Of a DNA stretch of 64,000 bases, positions 63,400 to 64,000 are shown piece by piece; the stretch's first letter is position 1; every line of letters starts with the position of its first letter. The position numbers and the translations under genes are program-made. Under the pieces are notes generated by a model. That model did no database searches, had not been told where the DNA came from, and saw only the letters and a program-made list of their open reading frames with translations. Source of the DNA: Raillietiella orientalis (taxonomy: Eukaryota); contig JAYWIR010000001.1 in NCBI GenBank assembly GCA_036172245.1, positions 1,550,001 through 1,614,000 of the forward strand, read 5' to 3'.

Positions 63400-63830
63400 T
63401 TTACGAGCCACTCACAAATACCATCAATCTGAAATAAAGGCCAGATGTGCCGATATAAATTTCCAATAATGAGAAGACAAAGATTGATTGAGGACGTTTT
63501 ATTTTGATGAAGAGTAGGCAACCATCACTCATGATCTTCCTGAGCGAGGCCTGCTGATGCTGCTGGGCGATCCTCCGCGCCGAAAACGCGGAGGAGAGCG
63601 ACTCGTTAAGGCAACCGAGATGCCAAAGACGCATCCGAGGAAAGCGGCTGCGGTGTGCAGAGGGATGCTGCCTGCTGCATGTTTTCCATAGACGGCTCCG
63701 CAGCGACCGATTCCTCGAGGAGAGGCAGAGAGTATAAACAAGGCTGGCGACGGACTTCTGGTGGATTTTTGCCACCATGCTAATCCACATTAGAGAAGGT
63801 CGCTTGGATCAATGGTCAGCAGCAATCCTA
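63400..63830 (-). mobile_element. Decayed LINE RT fragment
   Basis: WISMVAKIHQKSVASLV..SRQHPS, then MSDGCLLFI..SLLEIYIGTSGL (like YADD..LF...LL..Y...SGL.IN). Confidence 0.5.
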
Positions 63831-64000
63831 ATGGACCACCGTCCTTTCTGCGCAGTGAAGAAAAGGAATCGCTCCGTGAAGAGGGTTTTTTTTTTTGTGT
63901 TTTGTATCCCCGGGAGCCATCCTGTTCACAGGAAGCGCGCATCCGCTTCGGCCCTGACGGGAAAGGAGGCAGAGTCCCCTTGTTGTCCTTTTAAAAAAAT

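Overview
This is eukaryotic (metazoan, probably arthropod-type invertebrate) genomic DNA, not prokaryotic. Three spliced genes can be rebuilt by hand with consistent splice phases. (1) The 3' part of a SorLA/SORL1-like receptor (+, <1-1975, nine exons, eight introns of only 44-49 nt). (2) A complete 12-exon M13 neprilysin-like zinc peptidase (-, 11909-4128, about 706 aa) with an apparent signal peptide and one GC-AG intron. (3) A 5-exon TRAP-delta/SSR4 gene (+, 31640-32841, 168 aa). Almost all long ORFs in the supplied track are spurious. The GC-rich intergenic and intronic DNA is mostly a dense graveyard of heavily frameshifted L1/Tx1-type non-LTR retrotransposons: about a dozen fragments, including a near full-length ORF2 at about 51400-55600 (-). 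It also holds about seven copies of a modular tRNA-B-box-headed SINE-like repeat and three AT-rich MITE-like elements with TTCGGGATT sub-terminal repeats. The most unexpected signal is a decayed bacterial IS3-family OrfA-like fragment (about 30540-30676) just upstream of SSR4, a candidate endosymbiont-to-host transfer. All retroelement and IS calls rest on motif recognition by eye and need profile searches to confirm. No complete novel system could be shown from the sequence alone.
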